Part shown: positions 36,454-45,216 of the stretch, piece by piece
Position numbering within the stretch: position 1 is the first letter of the stretch
Layout of the letters: the number at the start of each line of letters is the position of its first letter
Source of the DNA: Chitinispirillales bacterium
GTDB lineage: Bacteria > Fibrobacterota > Chitinivibrionia > Chitinivibrionales > Chitinispirillaceae
Direction: 5' to 3'
Length of the DNA stretch: 62,607 nucleotides
Assembly: GCA_031281225.1 (NCBI GenBank)
Contig: JAITFQ010000103.1
Coordinates: 1 to 62,607 of the forward strand
The notes under the pieces: generated by a model
The model's database searches: none
Seen by the model: the letters and a program-made list of their open reading frames with translations, nothing else
What the model was told of the DNA's origin: nothing
Program-made: the position numbers and the translations under genes

Positions 36454-37434
36454 ATGAAAATATTTCCTGAGGATAAACTTGCTATGGCGACAGCGCGTAC
36501 GGTGTTGTTCACAATATTGGTGGCATTATTCACGACGCTTTTTTCCTGTACTGCGGATGTTGCGCACCCGGAACCGCGTAATACCGATAGCTTTTCGCCG
36601 CTTGAGACGGTACGCCGGCTTGAAGAGGAGAACGTGCGGTGGTTCATGAACAACAGGTCGGTAAACGACGCCCCCTACCCTCCCGAACTCAAGGCCATAT
36701 ACGAGCGTGGGCATGTCGTTTTCGCCATGATCGCCCGCGACCAAAAGCCGTTTCTTTATAAAAACGAGCAAACGGGGGAGTTCGTCGGCCTCGATGTGGA
36801 GATTGCGTACGCGATTGCGAACCGTTTGGGCGTGAGGGCGATTTTTAACCGCGACGCAACGACCTTTGACGACGTGGTGATGGAAGTGGCAAACGGGAGA
36901 GCCGATATCGCGCTAAGCCAACTGAGCCTGACCACGCGGAGAGCGGAGTTTGTCCGCTATACCCAGCCATATATCGTTTTGAGGCAGACCCTTATGGTAA
37001 ACCGGCTGGAGTTCGCGAAGACTGGGGCAGAGGATCAACTCCCGGATTTTATAAAAAATTTTAACGGTAATTTAGGGGTAGTAGACGGTTCCTCGTATGT
37101 AGTCGATGCGGAGATCAACTTTCCCGGTGCAAACATCGTGACCTTCGGTAACAGGTATCAGGCCATAGACGCCCTGTTTAGCGGTAATATACTCGCGTTC
37201 TACCATGACGAGTCTTCTATATACGTTGCCAAGTCCGCCAAAGAAAACGCGTCTATCCTGATGAAGCCGGTTATTATCGCCGACAAGCGCGACCGGATAG
37301 CGATGGCGGTTTCCGCGAACGCGCCGATGCTGCAAAACTGGCTGAACGTGTTTATCGACGAATATCAATTTCAACATAGCCGGGAATTAACCATTGGCCG
37401 GCTCATAAATCGGCATTACGGCGCCGGGAGCTGA
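36454..37434 (+). CDS. amino-acid ABC-type substrate-binding protein (SBP family 3) lipoprotein
   Basis: FVGLDVEIAYAIANRLGV and DIALSQLSLTTRRAEFVRYTQPY are typical of the SBP_bac_3 family. Lipobox LFSC. First ATG at 36454. Confidence 0.7.
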   Translation: MKIFPEDKLAMATARTVLFTILVALFTTLFSCTADVAHPEPRNTDSFSPLETVRRLEEENVRWFMNNRSVNDAPYPPELKAIYERGHVVFAMIARDQKPFLYKNEQTGEFVGLDVEIAYAIANRLGVRAIFNRDATTFDDVVMEVANGRADIALSQLSLTTRRAEFVRYTQPYIVLRQTLMVNRLEFAKTGAEDQLPDFIKNFNGNLGVVDGSSYVVDAEINFPGANIVTFGNRYQAIDALFSGNILAFYHDESSIYVAKSAKENASILMKPVIIADKRDRIAMAVSANAPMLQNWLNVFIDEYQFQHSRELTIGRLINRHYGAGS

Positions 37435-37440
37435 CATAAT

Positions 37441-38907
37441 ATGAAAATCACAATACTGAAACATCCGGCGGTCGTTTTAAGCAGCGCAGCAGCCGGCGTG
37501 GCAGCCGGTCTGCTCAACACCCCGCTATCCGCGTTTTTCGGCGTAAAAAACTTTGCGCAATTCCTGTCGTTTCCCGGGGAACTGTACCTGTTCTTCCTGC
37601 AAATGGCGGTTATCCCCATTGTTATCACGGCTATTTCGTCAGGTTTAGGCAAGATCATGCGTGAAAGAAAAGCCCCCGCCCTGATCAGAAAAATAATCGC
37701 CGTTTTTCTCCTTTGTATGGTCGCTAGCGCCGCCCTCGGTATGGCCGCCGGCATGTTCGGCAAACCCGGCATGGAACTCAGCGGCGATGCGCAGACTCAA
37801 CTGTCAAAACTTCTCTATTCGGGCAGCGACGGGTTTTTGGAAGTAACGCTCAATTCGCCGTACAACACAGGCGCAAACGTCTCACAACTGCCCGCCGAAA
37901 CGCGGCACGCAGGCTTTACGCCGGCGGCCCTGTTTCACACCCTCTCTTTGAGCGGTGTGATAGCGCTGCTGTTTCTGTCCGTAATGTTCGGCGTCGCCAT
38001 CGGATTTCTGCCAGACACCTCCGCATCGCTGCTCATTAACTTGTGCACAGCAATTTTCGAGGCTTTTTTGAAAGTGATTAACCGTGCCCTGTATCTACTC
38101 CCTCTCGCGCTTATCTGCCTTCTAGCAGGGCATACCGCCGCGGTGGGGGTTCAAATATTCGGGGCGATGGCCAAACTTGTCGCACTTTACTGCGCCGTCG
38201 CCGGTGCTGTTTTCGTCGTCAGCGCAATAACCATTTGGAGGTCTTCGGGTATACGTAACCCTTTTACCGTGGTCTCTACGCTGTTTGAACCGACCGTTTT
38301 GGCTCTAGCGACGCGCAGCCCGCTGACGGTCCTTCCGAGCGCGGTTGACTGTTTAGAAAACAAAATGGGGTTTAACCCGGTTTCGGTCAATTTGACGCTG
38401 CCATTGGGCACAATTTTGGGACGCTTCGGGTGCGTAGCCTATTTTGCCCTCGCCACCTTTTTTATAGCGCAGATTTACAACGTACCCCTCGAACCCATCC
38501 ACTACCTCATTATACTCGCCGGGGCGGTATTTGCCGGTGCCGTGACAGCCGGAGCGGTCGGAATAGCCTCCCTGCCGATGCTTGCAATCATCCTCGAACC
38601 GCTCAACCTCCCGATTGAGGCGGCGCTGGTCATGCTCATAGCCATAGACTCCGTCATCGACCCTCTGCGGGCCTCCGTCAATGTGCACGTCAACATGGCC
38701 GCCGCCGCGCTGGTCGCTAGAAACGAGGCAGGACGAGAAATCATAAAACTGGAATCCGGCATATCAAAAGCTGAAGCAAAGATAGAGCACATATTCAGCG
38801 CGAAACTCGCGGGTACAGCTAGTGAAGAGGACGAAAACACGCTGCGAAAACTGAACGAAGAAATTAACAGGCTCCGGAGAGAAAAAAAGGCGCTGTCAGA
38901 AAAATAA
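37441..38907 (+). CDS. dicarboxylate/amino acid:cation symporter (DAACS/GltP family) with C-terminal coiled-coil tail
   Basis: Multi-TM protein. TRSPLTVLPSAVDCLE...NLTLPLGTILGRFG matches the SSxATLP / PLGATIN-type motifs. Confidence 0.75.
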   Translation: MKITILKHPAVVLSSAAAGVAAGLLNTPLSAFFGVKNFAQFLSFPGELYLFFLQMAVIPIVITAISSGLGKIMRERKAPALIRKIIAVFLLCMVASAALGMAAGMFGKPGMELSGDAQTQLSKLLYSGSDGFLEVTLNSPYNTGANVSQLPAETRHAGFTPAALFHTLSLSGVIALLFLSVMFGVAIGFLPDTSASLLINLCTAIFEAFLKVINRALYLLPLALICLLAGHTAAVGVQIFGAMAKLVALYCAVAGAVFVVSAITIWRSSGIRNPFTVVSTLFEPTVLALATRSPLTVLPSAVDCLENKMGFNPVSVNLTLPLGTILGRFGCVAYFALATFFIAQIYNVPLEPIHYLIILAGAVFAGAVTAGAVGIASLPMLAIILEPLNLPIEAALVMLIAIDSVIDPLRASVNVHVNMAAAALVARNEAGREIIKLESGISKAEAKIEHIFSAKLAGTASEEDENTLRKLNEEINRLRREKKALSEK

Positions 38908-38973
38908 AAGGGCCATCCCCAAGCAGGAGCGTTGCGTGCAGCGCCCGCCCGTCTTTGAGGCAAAACCCCACAG

Positions 38974-40215
38974 TCAAAACCTGTACCTGACCTCCAACCC
39001 CGCGATGAAAATTTCGTTATCAAGCGTCGGTTTCATCACGAAATCAAACTTGTCCCCCACCCCCCCGCGCAAGCTGATCTCGGGCTCTGAGATTTTCAAG
39101 GTGAAGATGTGCTGCGGCTCGCCGGTGTTTATGTGCCTGAAAATTATCTGCGGGACAGCCGAGATTACGCAGCGTATTGAGCGGTATATGTTCAAATCGA
39201 GTATGACGGGCATGGCCGCGCTCATGCTAACCGACCGCCTTTCGTCCGTTAGATTTTTCAGGTAGTACATATACTGAAAACTGCCGGTCTCTTCGCCGAT
39301 TTCCGAAATATAGGAAGCCTCCGCGCCGGCCTTAAACCCCAAAAACAGGATATGCGTCATGTAACTGAGCGCCCACCCCCGCGCGTATCTCAAACCCAAA
39401 GAAACGGTGTCGCTCTTCTCATCCCCATTGTTCAAGGCAAACGAATTCTCCGCCCAAAAATCAAGCGTTCTCAGATCGCGGTCTATAAGGCCGACGAAAA
39501 TGCCGTCGGTATAAAGCCTGTTGTTATCGACACGGAAAGAGAACGGGTCCTCCGCCTGCAAGTTGTAGGTGTTGATGCCGGCCCGCAGACTGTAATTTTC
39601 GCTGAGCCTTATAAGAGCGGTCAGATTTATGAAAAACCGCCTCCGTTCAAGATGCTCGCTATTTACATTGCCGTCGTAAGCGTAAACGTTGTCTATATCA
39701 AAGACTACCGAAAGCCCCCTGAACACGGCGTCGTTGGGCGGCGTGCCCCAAAACGCCCCGCCCAACGAAAATATTTTTGCCTGCAAACTGTGCGTCCAAA
39801 AATGCCCGTCGTATACATCCATATCGGAACGCTCAAAATTGAGATTTCCCAGCCAAAGCCCCGCGGTGCCGGGGTCAAGATCGGCGTCCGCCCACCCGTA
39901 AACCCCGCTCCAGCCATACTTCGTGAGCTGGTCGGGCACAATGCCGAAAGCGCCGGTGTTACTCTCGGCGCTCCACAGACCCGGGTAGTTCGCCCTGGTG
40001 CTCACTAAATTTTTGTAGACCTCGGGGAACAGTATGCCATGGAAATGGCTATCCATAATCCCAAATCTGTTGACGCTGCGCGAGCGGAAGACGGGGCGGG
40101 GTTCATAGAAATCATAGTCCCTCAAAAACGACTGCGCGGCGGCCGGAGCGGGGGTAGATACCAGAGCCGCGGCCATTGCCAGGCACATCAGGAAAAAACG
40201 GGATGCCCGCATCAA
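38974..40215 (-). CDS. hypothetical outer-membrane beta-barrel protein
   Basis: Signal peptide ending APAAAQS, alternating beta pattern, C-terminal LEVRYRF with terminal Phe. Confidence 0.6.
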   Translation of the reverse strand: MMRASRFFLMCLAMAAALVSTPAPAAAQSFLRDYDFYEPRPVFRSRSVNRFGIMDSHFHGILFPEVYKNLVSTRANYPGLWSAESNTGAFGIVPDQLTKYGWSGVYGWADADLDPGTAGLWLGNLNFERSDMDVYDGHFWTHSLQAKIFSLGGAFWGTPPNDAVFRGLSVVFDIDNVYAYDGNVNSEHLERRRFFINLTALIRLSENYSLRAGINTYNLQAEDPFSFRVDNNRLYTDGIFVGLIDRDLRTLDFWAENSFALNNGDEKSDTVSLGLRYARGWALSYMTHILFLGFKAGAEASYISEIGEETGSFQYMYYLKNLTDERRSVSMSAAMPVILDLNIYRSIRCVISAVPQIIFRHINTGEPQHIFTLKISEPEISLRGGVGDKFDFVMKPTLDNEIFIAGLEVRYRF

Positions 40216-40224
40216 AATCTCTCC

Positions 40225-40659
40225 TTACCAGTCGGCTTCAACGTCTCCGCCAACCACCTGTGAACTTGTTGCAGTATATTGGTGAACCTCGAAATCGTTG
40301 CCGTCCGGGTCTTTCAGCCAGATTTGATACGTTGAATCGCAGCCTAATTTTTTCGGCGTGTATTCGACCCCGGCCTCGGTAAGCGCCCGCGTCACGGCGT
40401 CGATGTCGGGCGTTTCAAGGCAGAAGTGGACGAGGCGGCCGCGGCCAAAATCGCCGGCCGGGTCTTCAAACAGTTCCATGAAATTTCCGCTGCCAAATTC
40501 AAGGTAGGCGCCGTAGAGTTTGCCGTCCCTGTAAAACACAAAACGCTGCTCCATACCCAATTTGCCGTAAAATTCGATCGATTTGGCGATGTCTTTTACG
40601 TGCAGGCAGACGTGCGCGATTTTGGTAAAAATGGGCGCGGTGTTTTTTCTGTCTTCCAT
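40225..40659 (-). CDS. VOC-family protein (glyoxalase I-like)
   Basis: IAHVCLHVKDIAKSIEFYGKLGM...HFCLE...DPDGNDFEV. The ATG at 40659 has GAGG upstream. Confidence 0.8.
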   Translation of the reverse strand: MEDRKNTAPIFTKIAHVCLHVKDIAKSIEFYGKLGMEQRFVFYRDGKLYGAYLEFGSGNFMELFEDPAGDFGRGRLVHFCLETPDIDAVTRALTEAGVEYTPKKLGCDSTYQIWLKDPDGNDFEVHQYTATSSQVVGGDVEADW

Positions 40660-40690
40660 AAGTAACCTCAATACGTGGTTTAAGTGTTTT

Positions 40691-41119
40691 TTAGATATCG
40701 ACCTGAAGCATCTCTATTCCTGCTTTTGACGCAATATTAAGAACCCGTTCGTCCCTGTAAAATTCTCGGTAAAATATACGTTTGATACCGCTGTTGGCTA
40801 TTAATTTGAAACAGTTCCAGCAGGGCGATGCGGTTACGTATATGTCGGCGTTGTTTATACAGGTGCCGTTTTTGGCGGCTTGTATTATGGCGTTGGCTTC
40901 GGCGTGGACGGTGGCTATGCAGTGGGAGTCTTCCATTATGTGGCCGACGTCGTCACAGTGGGGCATGCCGCGGACGCTGCCGTTGTAGCCGGTAGACAGG
41001 ATGGTTTTGTCGCGCACGATTACGGCGCCCACATGCTTGCGGTCGCAGGTGGAGCGTGTGGCGATCTGGACGGCGATCTGCATGAAATAGACGTCCCAGG
41101 GGACACGTTTCGTTGTCAT
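40691..41119 (-). CDS. deoxycytidylate (dCMP) deaminase / ComEB-like
   Basis: HAEANAI and PCWNCFKLI zinc motifs. 4-nt overlap with rpiB. Confidence 0.85.
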   Translation of the reverse strand: MTTKRVPWDVYFMQIAVQIATRSTCDRKHVGAVIVRDKTILSTGYNGSVRGMPHCDDVGHIMEDSHCIATVHAEANAIIQAAKNGTCINNADIYVTASPCWNCFKLIANSGIKRIFYREFYRDERVLNIASKAGIEMLQVDI

Positions 41120-41568
41120 ATTGTATCCTCATCTAACATTTTGACCCGTTTTTCATGGCGCCCGCCCTCAAATTTTCCGGCCAGCCAGGCGTCGAGTATT
41201 GCCAAAGACGTTTCTAACGGCGTTATCCGCGCCCCGAGCACCAAAACGTTTGAATCGTTGTGAAGACGGCTTAGCGCCCCCATCTCCGGGGTGAAGCAGA
41301 GCGCGGCCCTTACCCCCTTGTGCCGGTTCGCGGCTATTGATACGCCTATGCCGGCGCCGCAGAACAGGATACCCCTCGGAAACTCCCCGCTGCTGATTTT
41401 TCGCGCCAGATCCATGGCAAAAACGGGGTAATCGTCGTTTACATCATAACTTAGCGCCCCGCAGTCATACACATCAAAGCCACGCTCGACGAGGTGTTTT
41501 TTGACGTTTTCCTTGAACTCAAAGCCGGCATGGTCGCCGGCCACACAAATTTTTTGCGCATTTTCCAT
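41116..41568 (-). CDS. rpiB: ribose 5-phosphate isomerase B
   Basis: ICVAGDHAGFEFK and GILFCGAGIGVSIAANRHKGVRAALC. Confidence 0.9.
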   Translation of the reverse strand: MENAQKICVAGDHAGFEFKENVKKHLVERGFDVYDCGALSYDVNDDYPVFAMDLARKISSGEFPRGILFCGAGIGVSIAANRHKGVRAALCFTPEMGALSRLHNDSNVLVLGARITPLETSLAILDAWLAGKFEGGRHEKRVKMLDEDTI

Positions 41569-41781
41569 AAAACCCTCCGCAAAATATTATATTATAGTCA
41601 CAAGCGCGGATATTAACCGAATATTGTGACCGGCTGGAAGGCAGACATCGTCACTCGCTGCGCTTCCGCACCGGCCAAGGTATCAAGGTATCAAGGTATA
41701 TACAATATAGTATACGCGCCCCTGTCATGGAATTTTTTTGTTTTTTCTGTAACGAATTTTTTGCAGGAGAGGTCTAACCTT

Positions 41782-42318
41782 GTGGATGAGATTGATGGCA
41801 TAACGCTCGAAAAGGCAAAAAAGGGGAACGCTTTGGCTTTCAGGAGCCTGTATACGCACTACTCCCCTTTTGTTTGGAGGCTATGTTTCAGGTCGTCTAA
41901 CGGGGATACCTCGTGCGCGGAAGAGATCATGCAAAACGCCTTCGTTAAGGTTCACCGCTATTTGGGGAGCTTTTCGGGGGAGTCCGCGTTCTCTACGTGG
42001 CTTTACAGGGTCACCTATCACTGTATAAACGAGCATTTCGCGAAAGCAGCCAAGCACAACTCGCGTACCGTAGAGTTTGACGAAGAGTACATGTCGGGCG
42101 GGCGGGAACTTGCCCAGCCATACGAAAACAGGGAGCTCGTGGAAAAAATACTCGCGCCGCTGAACGAACAGGAACGGTTCCTGCTAACGGCGCGGGAGAT
42201 AGACGGGGTCTCTTACGAGGAGCTGGCCACTATCACCGGCGTCAAGGAAGGCGCCCTGAGAACAAGGCTGGCGCGCCTGAAATCAGACATTAGAGAACGG
42301 TTGGAAAAAAAATTATAA
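41782..42318 (+). CDS. ECF-type RNA polymerase sigma factor
   Basis: Region 2 FRSLYTHYSPFVWRLC...AEEIMQNAFVKVHRYL and region 4 ERFLLTAREIDGVSYEELATITGVKEGALRTRLARLK. GTG start at 41782 after GGAGAGG. Confidence 0.85.
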   Translation: MDEIDGITLEKAKKGNALAFRSLYTHYSPFVWRLCFRSSNGDTSCAEEIMQNAFVKVHRYLGSFSGESAFSTWLYRVTYHCINEHFAKAAKHNSRTVEFDEEYMSGGRELAQPYENRELVEKILAPLNEQERFLLTAREIDGVSYEELATITGVKEGALRTRLARLKSDIRERLEKKL

Positions 42319-42377
42319 TTTTCGCGTAGGGGGCAAACAGTATTCGCCCGCTTACACCGAACAGAAAGGATACTACA

Positions 42378-42788
42378 ATGCAAACTGCAAACGAAAAAAG
42401 ATTTTACGACGCACTGGCCGACGTCCCCGAAATCCCCCCCGGGATGCTCGCAAACGTCGAACAGCGCGTGCGCCGGTCAGGCGTCAAGCGGCGCATAACA
42501 CTCGCCGCCTGCTTCCTGCTCGCGTTCATCGTACCCGCGCTGGTGCTGACGCAGATAAACACTGCCGCGTCCGCCGTCTACGCCGACAATACCGAATCAA
42601 TGGACGAGCTGCTCTACGCTTTTGAGTTTTTTACCGGCAGCCACGACCTCGACTACCTGTTCGAAGATTTCATTTACGATACCGCCGCGAACACCCCCGA
42701 CAACGGCGACAACACCCGGCTTACAGCCGTATCAGGACTCCAAACCACCGCCCCCACAGAGAAAGGACAACCAAATGAAAATTTTTAA
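42378..42788 (+). CDS. putative anti-sigma factor (single TM)
   Basis: Lies downstream of the ECF sigma gene. Short cytoplasmic N-terminus plus TM helix ITLAACFLLAFIVPALVL. Confidence 0.55.
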   Translation: MQTANEKRFYDALADVPEIPPGMLANVEQRVRRSGVKRRITLAACFLLAFIVPALVLTQINTAASAVYADNTESMDELLYAFEFFTGSHDLDYLFEDFIYDTAANTPDNGDNTRLTAVSGLQTTAPTEKGQPNENF

Positions 42789-42925
42789 TTGTGAGTATAC
42801 GACGTGTGTCCGGCGCATTTACACGTGTGTCCTAAAAATTTTTAATTGTGAGTATACGATGCGTTTTAGGCATACTCAGAAGTTACCATTTTATAAATAC
42901 GTAAGACACAACGCATACTCACAAA
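42779..42925. repeat. intergenic repeat, copy B (1.4 tandem units plus two inverted TGAGTAT motifs)
   Basis: TTAATTGTGAGTATACGA occurs at 42785 and 42842 (57-bp period). CGTGTGTCC occurs twice. Inverted CATACTCA occurs at 42871 and 42914. Confidence 0.8.
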
Positions 42926-42942
42926 TAAAAAATGTGCTTTGC

Positions 42943-43392
42943 ATGATAGTTTTGGTTGTTGCGTTGCTTCCTGCCTACGCGTCCGCTAATGAGCGGAGGG
43001 ATCACCCAGCGCGCAGGATGTGGGAAGAGCTCAACCTTACCGCCGAGCAGGAGACTAGATTCAGGGAGATAAACGCCCGCTACGCCCCTATGAGGCAGGA
43101 TCAAACCAGAAGGATAGAGGAACTGCGGGTAAGAATCAATCAGGAGCTCCTGAAAGACCGGCCGTCGAGAAGCCTTTTGGCGCAGCTTGCCGGACAGATG
43201 GGCGAGACCCAAAAAAGGATGAATATCGAATCGGTCAACCATTTTTTGAGCGTAAAAGAGGTGCTCACGCCGGAACAGTTCAAGATATTCACCGACGGGG
43301 TATCGATAGGCGGTTCAGGCGGCCCGCCGCGCGGGCGTGAGGGCGGCAGAGGCAGGGCCGGAGGCGAAGGTGCCGACGACGGCGAGGATTGA
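42943..43392 (+). CDS. periplasmic Spy/CpxP/ZraP-family (LTxxQ) protein
   Basis: Signal peptide MIVLVVALLPAYASA. LTAEQETRF and LTPEQFKIF motifs. Gly/Arg-rich tail. The long upstream ORF extension is discarded. Confidence 0.7.
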   Translation: MIVLVVALLPAYASANERRDHPARRMWEELNLTAEQETRFREINARYAPMRQDQTRRIEELRVRINQELLKDRPSRSLLAQLAGQMGETQKRMNIESVNHFLSVKEVLTPEQFKIFTDGVSIGGSGGPPRGREGGRGRAGGEGADDGED

Positions 43393-43397
43393 CGCGC

Positions 43398-43841
43398 TCA
43401 AAACAAAAAATGCGCCTCAATAAGGCGTGAAGAATCGCCGGTGTCGGTAATCCGTATGTACTTCGCGTGATTGGGAAGAGCGTCGGGGAACATCGGCCCC
43501 CACTCTATCAGGCAGACGCCGTCGCCGTTTGCGTATTCGTCAAACCCGATCGACGCAAGTTCCCGTTGATCCTCTATCCTGTAAAAGTCAAAATGGTGCA
43601 CCGGGAACTTTGGCGTTTTGTACGTGTTGACGATGGAAAACGTGGGGCTGCGCACCTCGGTCCCGGCCGCGAGCTCCGAGACGAACCCGCGCACGAACTC
43701 CGTCTTGCCGCTCCCCAAATCACCGCCTATGGAGAACACGTCCCCCGCCTCCGCCGTCCGCGCGAGGCGTGCGCCCAGCGCTCGCGTTTCCTCTACGGAC
43801 GCGGAACGTTCACGCACGATTTTCATTAATTTTGTTATCAT
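43398..43841 (-). CDS. tsaE: tRNA t6A37 biosynthesis ATPase TsaE
   Basis: GDLGSGKTEFVRG Walker A and HFDFYR motif, 147 aa. Confidence 0.88.
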   Translation of the reverse strand: MITKLMKIVRERSASVEETRALGARLARTAEAGDVFSIGGDLGSGKTEFVRGFVSELAAGTEVRSPTFSIVNTYKTPKFPVHHFDFYRIEDQRELASIGFDEYANGDGVCLIEWGPMFPDALPNHAKYIRITDTGDSSRLIEAHFLF

Positions 43842-43847
43842 GACACA

Positions 43848-45122
43848 TCATCCGGTAATTTCCGCGAGCCCGCCCATATACGGCCTCAACACCTCAGGCA
43901 CAACCACCGACCCGCCCGCCGTCTGATAATTTTCGAGTATCGCCACGATGATCCTCGCCGTGGCAAGACCGCTGCCGTTTAACGTGTGCGGGAAGCGCGG
44001 CTTGTCGGTACCCTTATCCCTATAACGGATGTTGGCGCGGCGTGCCTGAAAATCCTCAAAATTGCTGCAAGACGACACTTCAAGATATTTCCCCTCGGCG
44101 GCCGCCCACGCTTCGAGATCGTAACACTTCGCCGCCGAAAACGACGTGTCGGCGTCGCAAAGCAGCAGCGTCCTGTATTTCAAATTAAGAGCCTGCAAAA
44201 TATATTCGGCGTCGGCGCGCAGTTTTTCATGCTCCTCATACGATTTTTCCGGCTCGACGAACTTGACAAGCTCCACCTTGTTGAACTGATGTACCCGCAA
44301 GTATCCCTTTGTGTCTTTACCGTAAGATCCCGCCTCCCGCCTGAAACACGCGCTGTAAGCACAGTAGTTTATCGGCAGCATGGACGCATCTAAAATTTCG
44401 TCGCGGTGGAGGTTGGTTATCGGCACCTCGGCGGTGGGTATGCAGTACAGCTCGTCCTCGCCGATGTAGTACATCTGATCCCCAAATTTTGGGAGCTGCC
44501 CGACGCCGTAAAGGCTTTCTCTGTTGACAAGGAACGGCGGAAACACCTCGGTGTAACCGTTTTTTTGCGTGTGCGTGTCAAGGAAAAAATTTACAAGCGC
44601 GCGTTCAAGCAGCGCCCCCTTGCCTTTGAGCACCGGAAACCCCGCCCCCGAAATCTTCGCCCCGCGCGGGAAATCGATTATGCCGAGAGCCGTACCGAGC
44701 TCGATATGGTCTTTCGGCTTGAAATCAAACGACGGCGCCTCGCCCCACTCAAAGACCACCACGTTGTCCTGCGCGCTCTCCCCGCGCGGGACGGATTCGT
44801 GCAGAATGTTTGGAACGTGCGCCATGAGCCCGTCAAGCTGCTGCTGCGAATCAGCCAATTTTTCGTCGAGTTCCTTGATGGAGTCGGACACCTGCTTCAT
44901 TTCGCTGATGAGCGATTCGGCGTCTTTTTTCTCTTTTTTGAGCTGCGCGATCTCCATCGAGCGGCTGTTGCGCACGTTTTTGAGACGCTCCGCCTCCTTG
45001 ATGATCTCCCGGCGGCGGGAATCGAGGTCGAGGATGGCGGTTATATCGGCCGGGCTCTTCTTGCGGGCGGCGACGGCGGCAATCTCTTCGGGTTTTTCCC
45101 GTATTCGCTGAATATCGAGCAT
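43848..45122 (-). CDS. serS: serine--tRNA ligase
   Basis: N-terminal coiled-coil MLDIQRIREKPEEI and class II motifs (FRREAGS..., GSGLATARIIVAILENYQ). Start at ATG 45122. Confidence 0.93.
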   Translation of the reverse strand: MLDIQRIREKPEEIAAVAARKKSPADITAILDLDSRRREIIKEAERLKNVRNSRSMEIAQLKKEKKDAESLISEMKQVSDSIKELDEKLADSQQQLDGLMAHVPNILHESVPRGESAQDNVVVFEWGEAPSFDFKPKDHIELGTALGIIDFPRGAKISGAGFPVLKGKGALLERALVNFFLDTHTQKNGYTEVFPPFLVNRESLYGVGQLPKFGDQMYYIGEDELYCIPTAEVPITNLHRDEILDASMLPINYCAYSACFRREAGSYGKDTKGYLRVHQFNKVELVKFVEPEKSYEEHEKLRADAEYILQALNLKYRTLLLCDADTSFSAAKCYDLEAWAAAEGKYLEVSSCSNFEDFQARRANIRYRDKGTDKPRFPHTLNGSGLATARIIVAILENYQTAGGSVVVPEVLRPYMGGLAEITG

Positions 45123-45216
45123 GAAAAATTCCTTGGAAGCGGTAGTTATATAAATACAATACGATAATATAAATATACATGACGCCAAAACTATTACCAT
45201 TATTTATTTTTGGAAT

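Noticed and set aside
41741-41775. ECF-type autoregulatory promoter TGTAACG-N18-TCTAA upstream of the sigma gene
   Set aside because: The spacer is longer than usual. The putative -10 would sit only ~8 nt from the GTG start, conflicting with the SD-like GGAGAGG. Not supportable from sequence alone.
42622-42942. N-terminal extension of the Spy-like gene through the anti-sigma 3' end and the repeat (KIFNCEYT twice)
   Set aside because: The extension overlaps the anti-sigma gene in another frame and reads through a non-coding repeat. A good signal peptide starts at ATG 42943.
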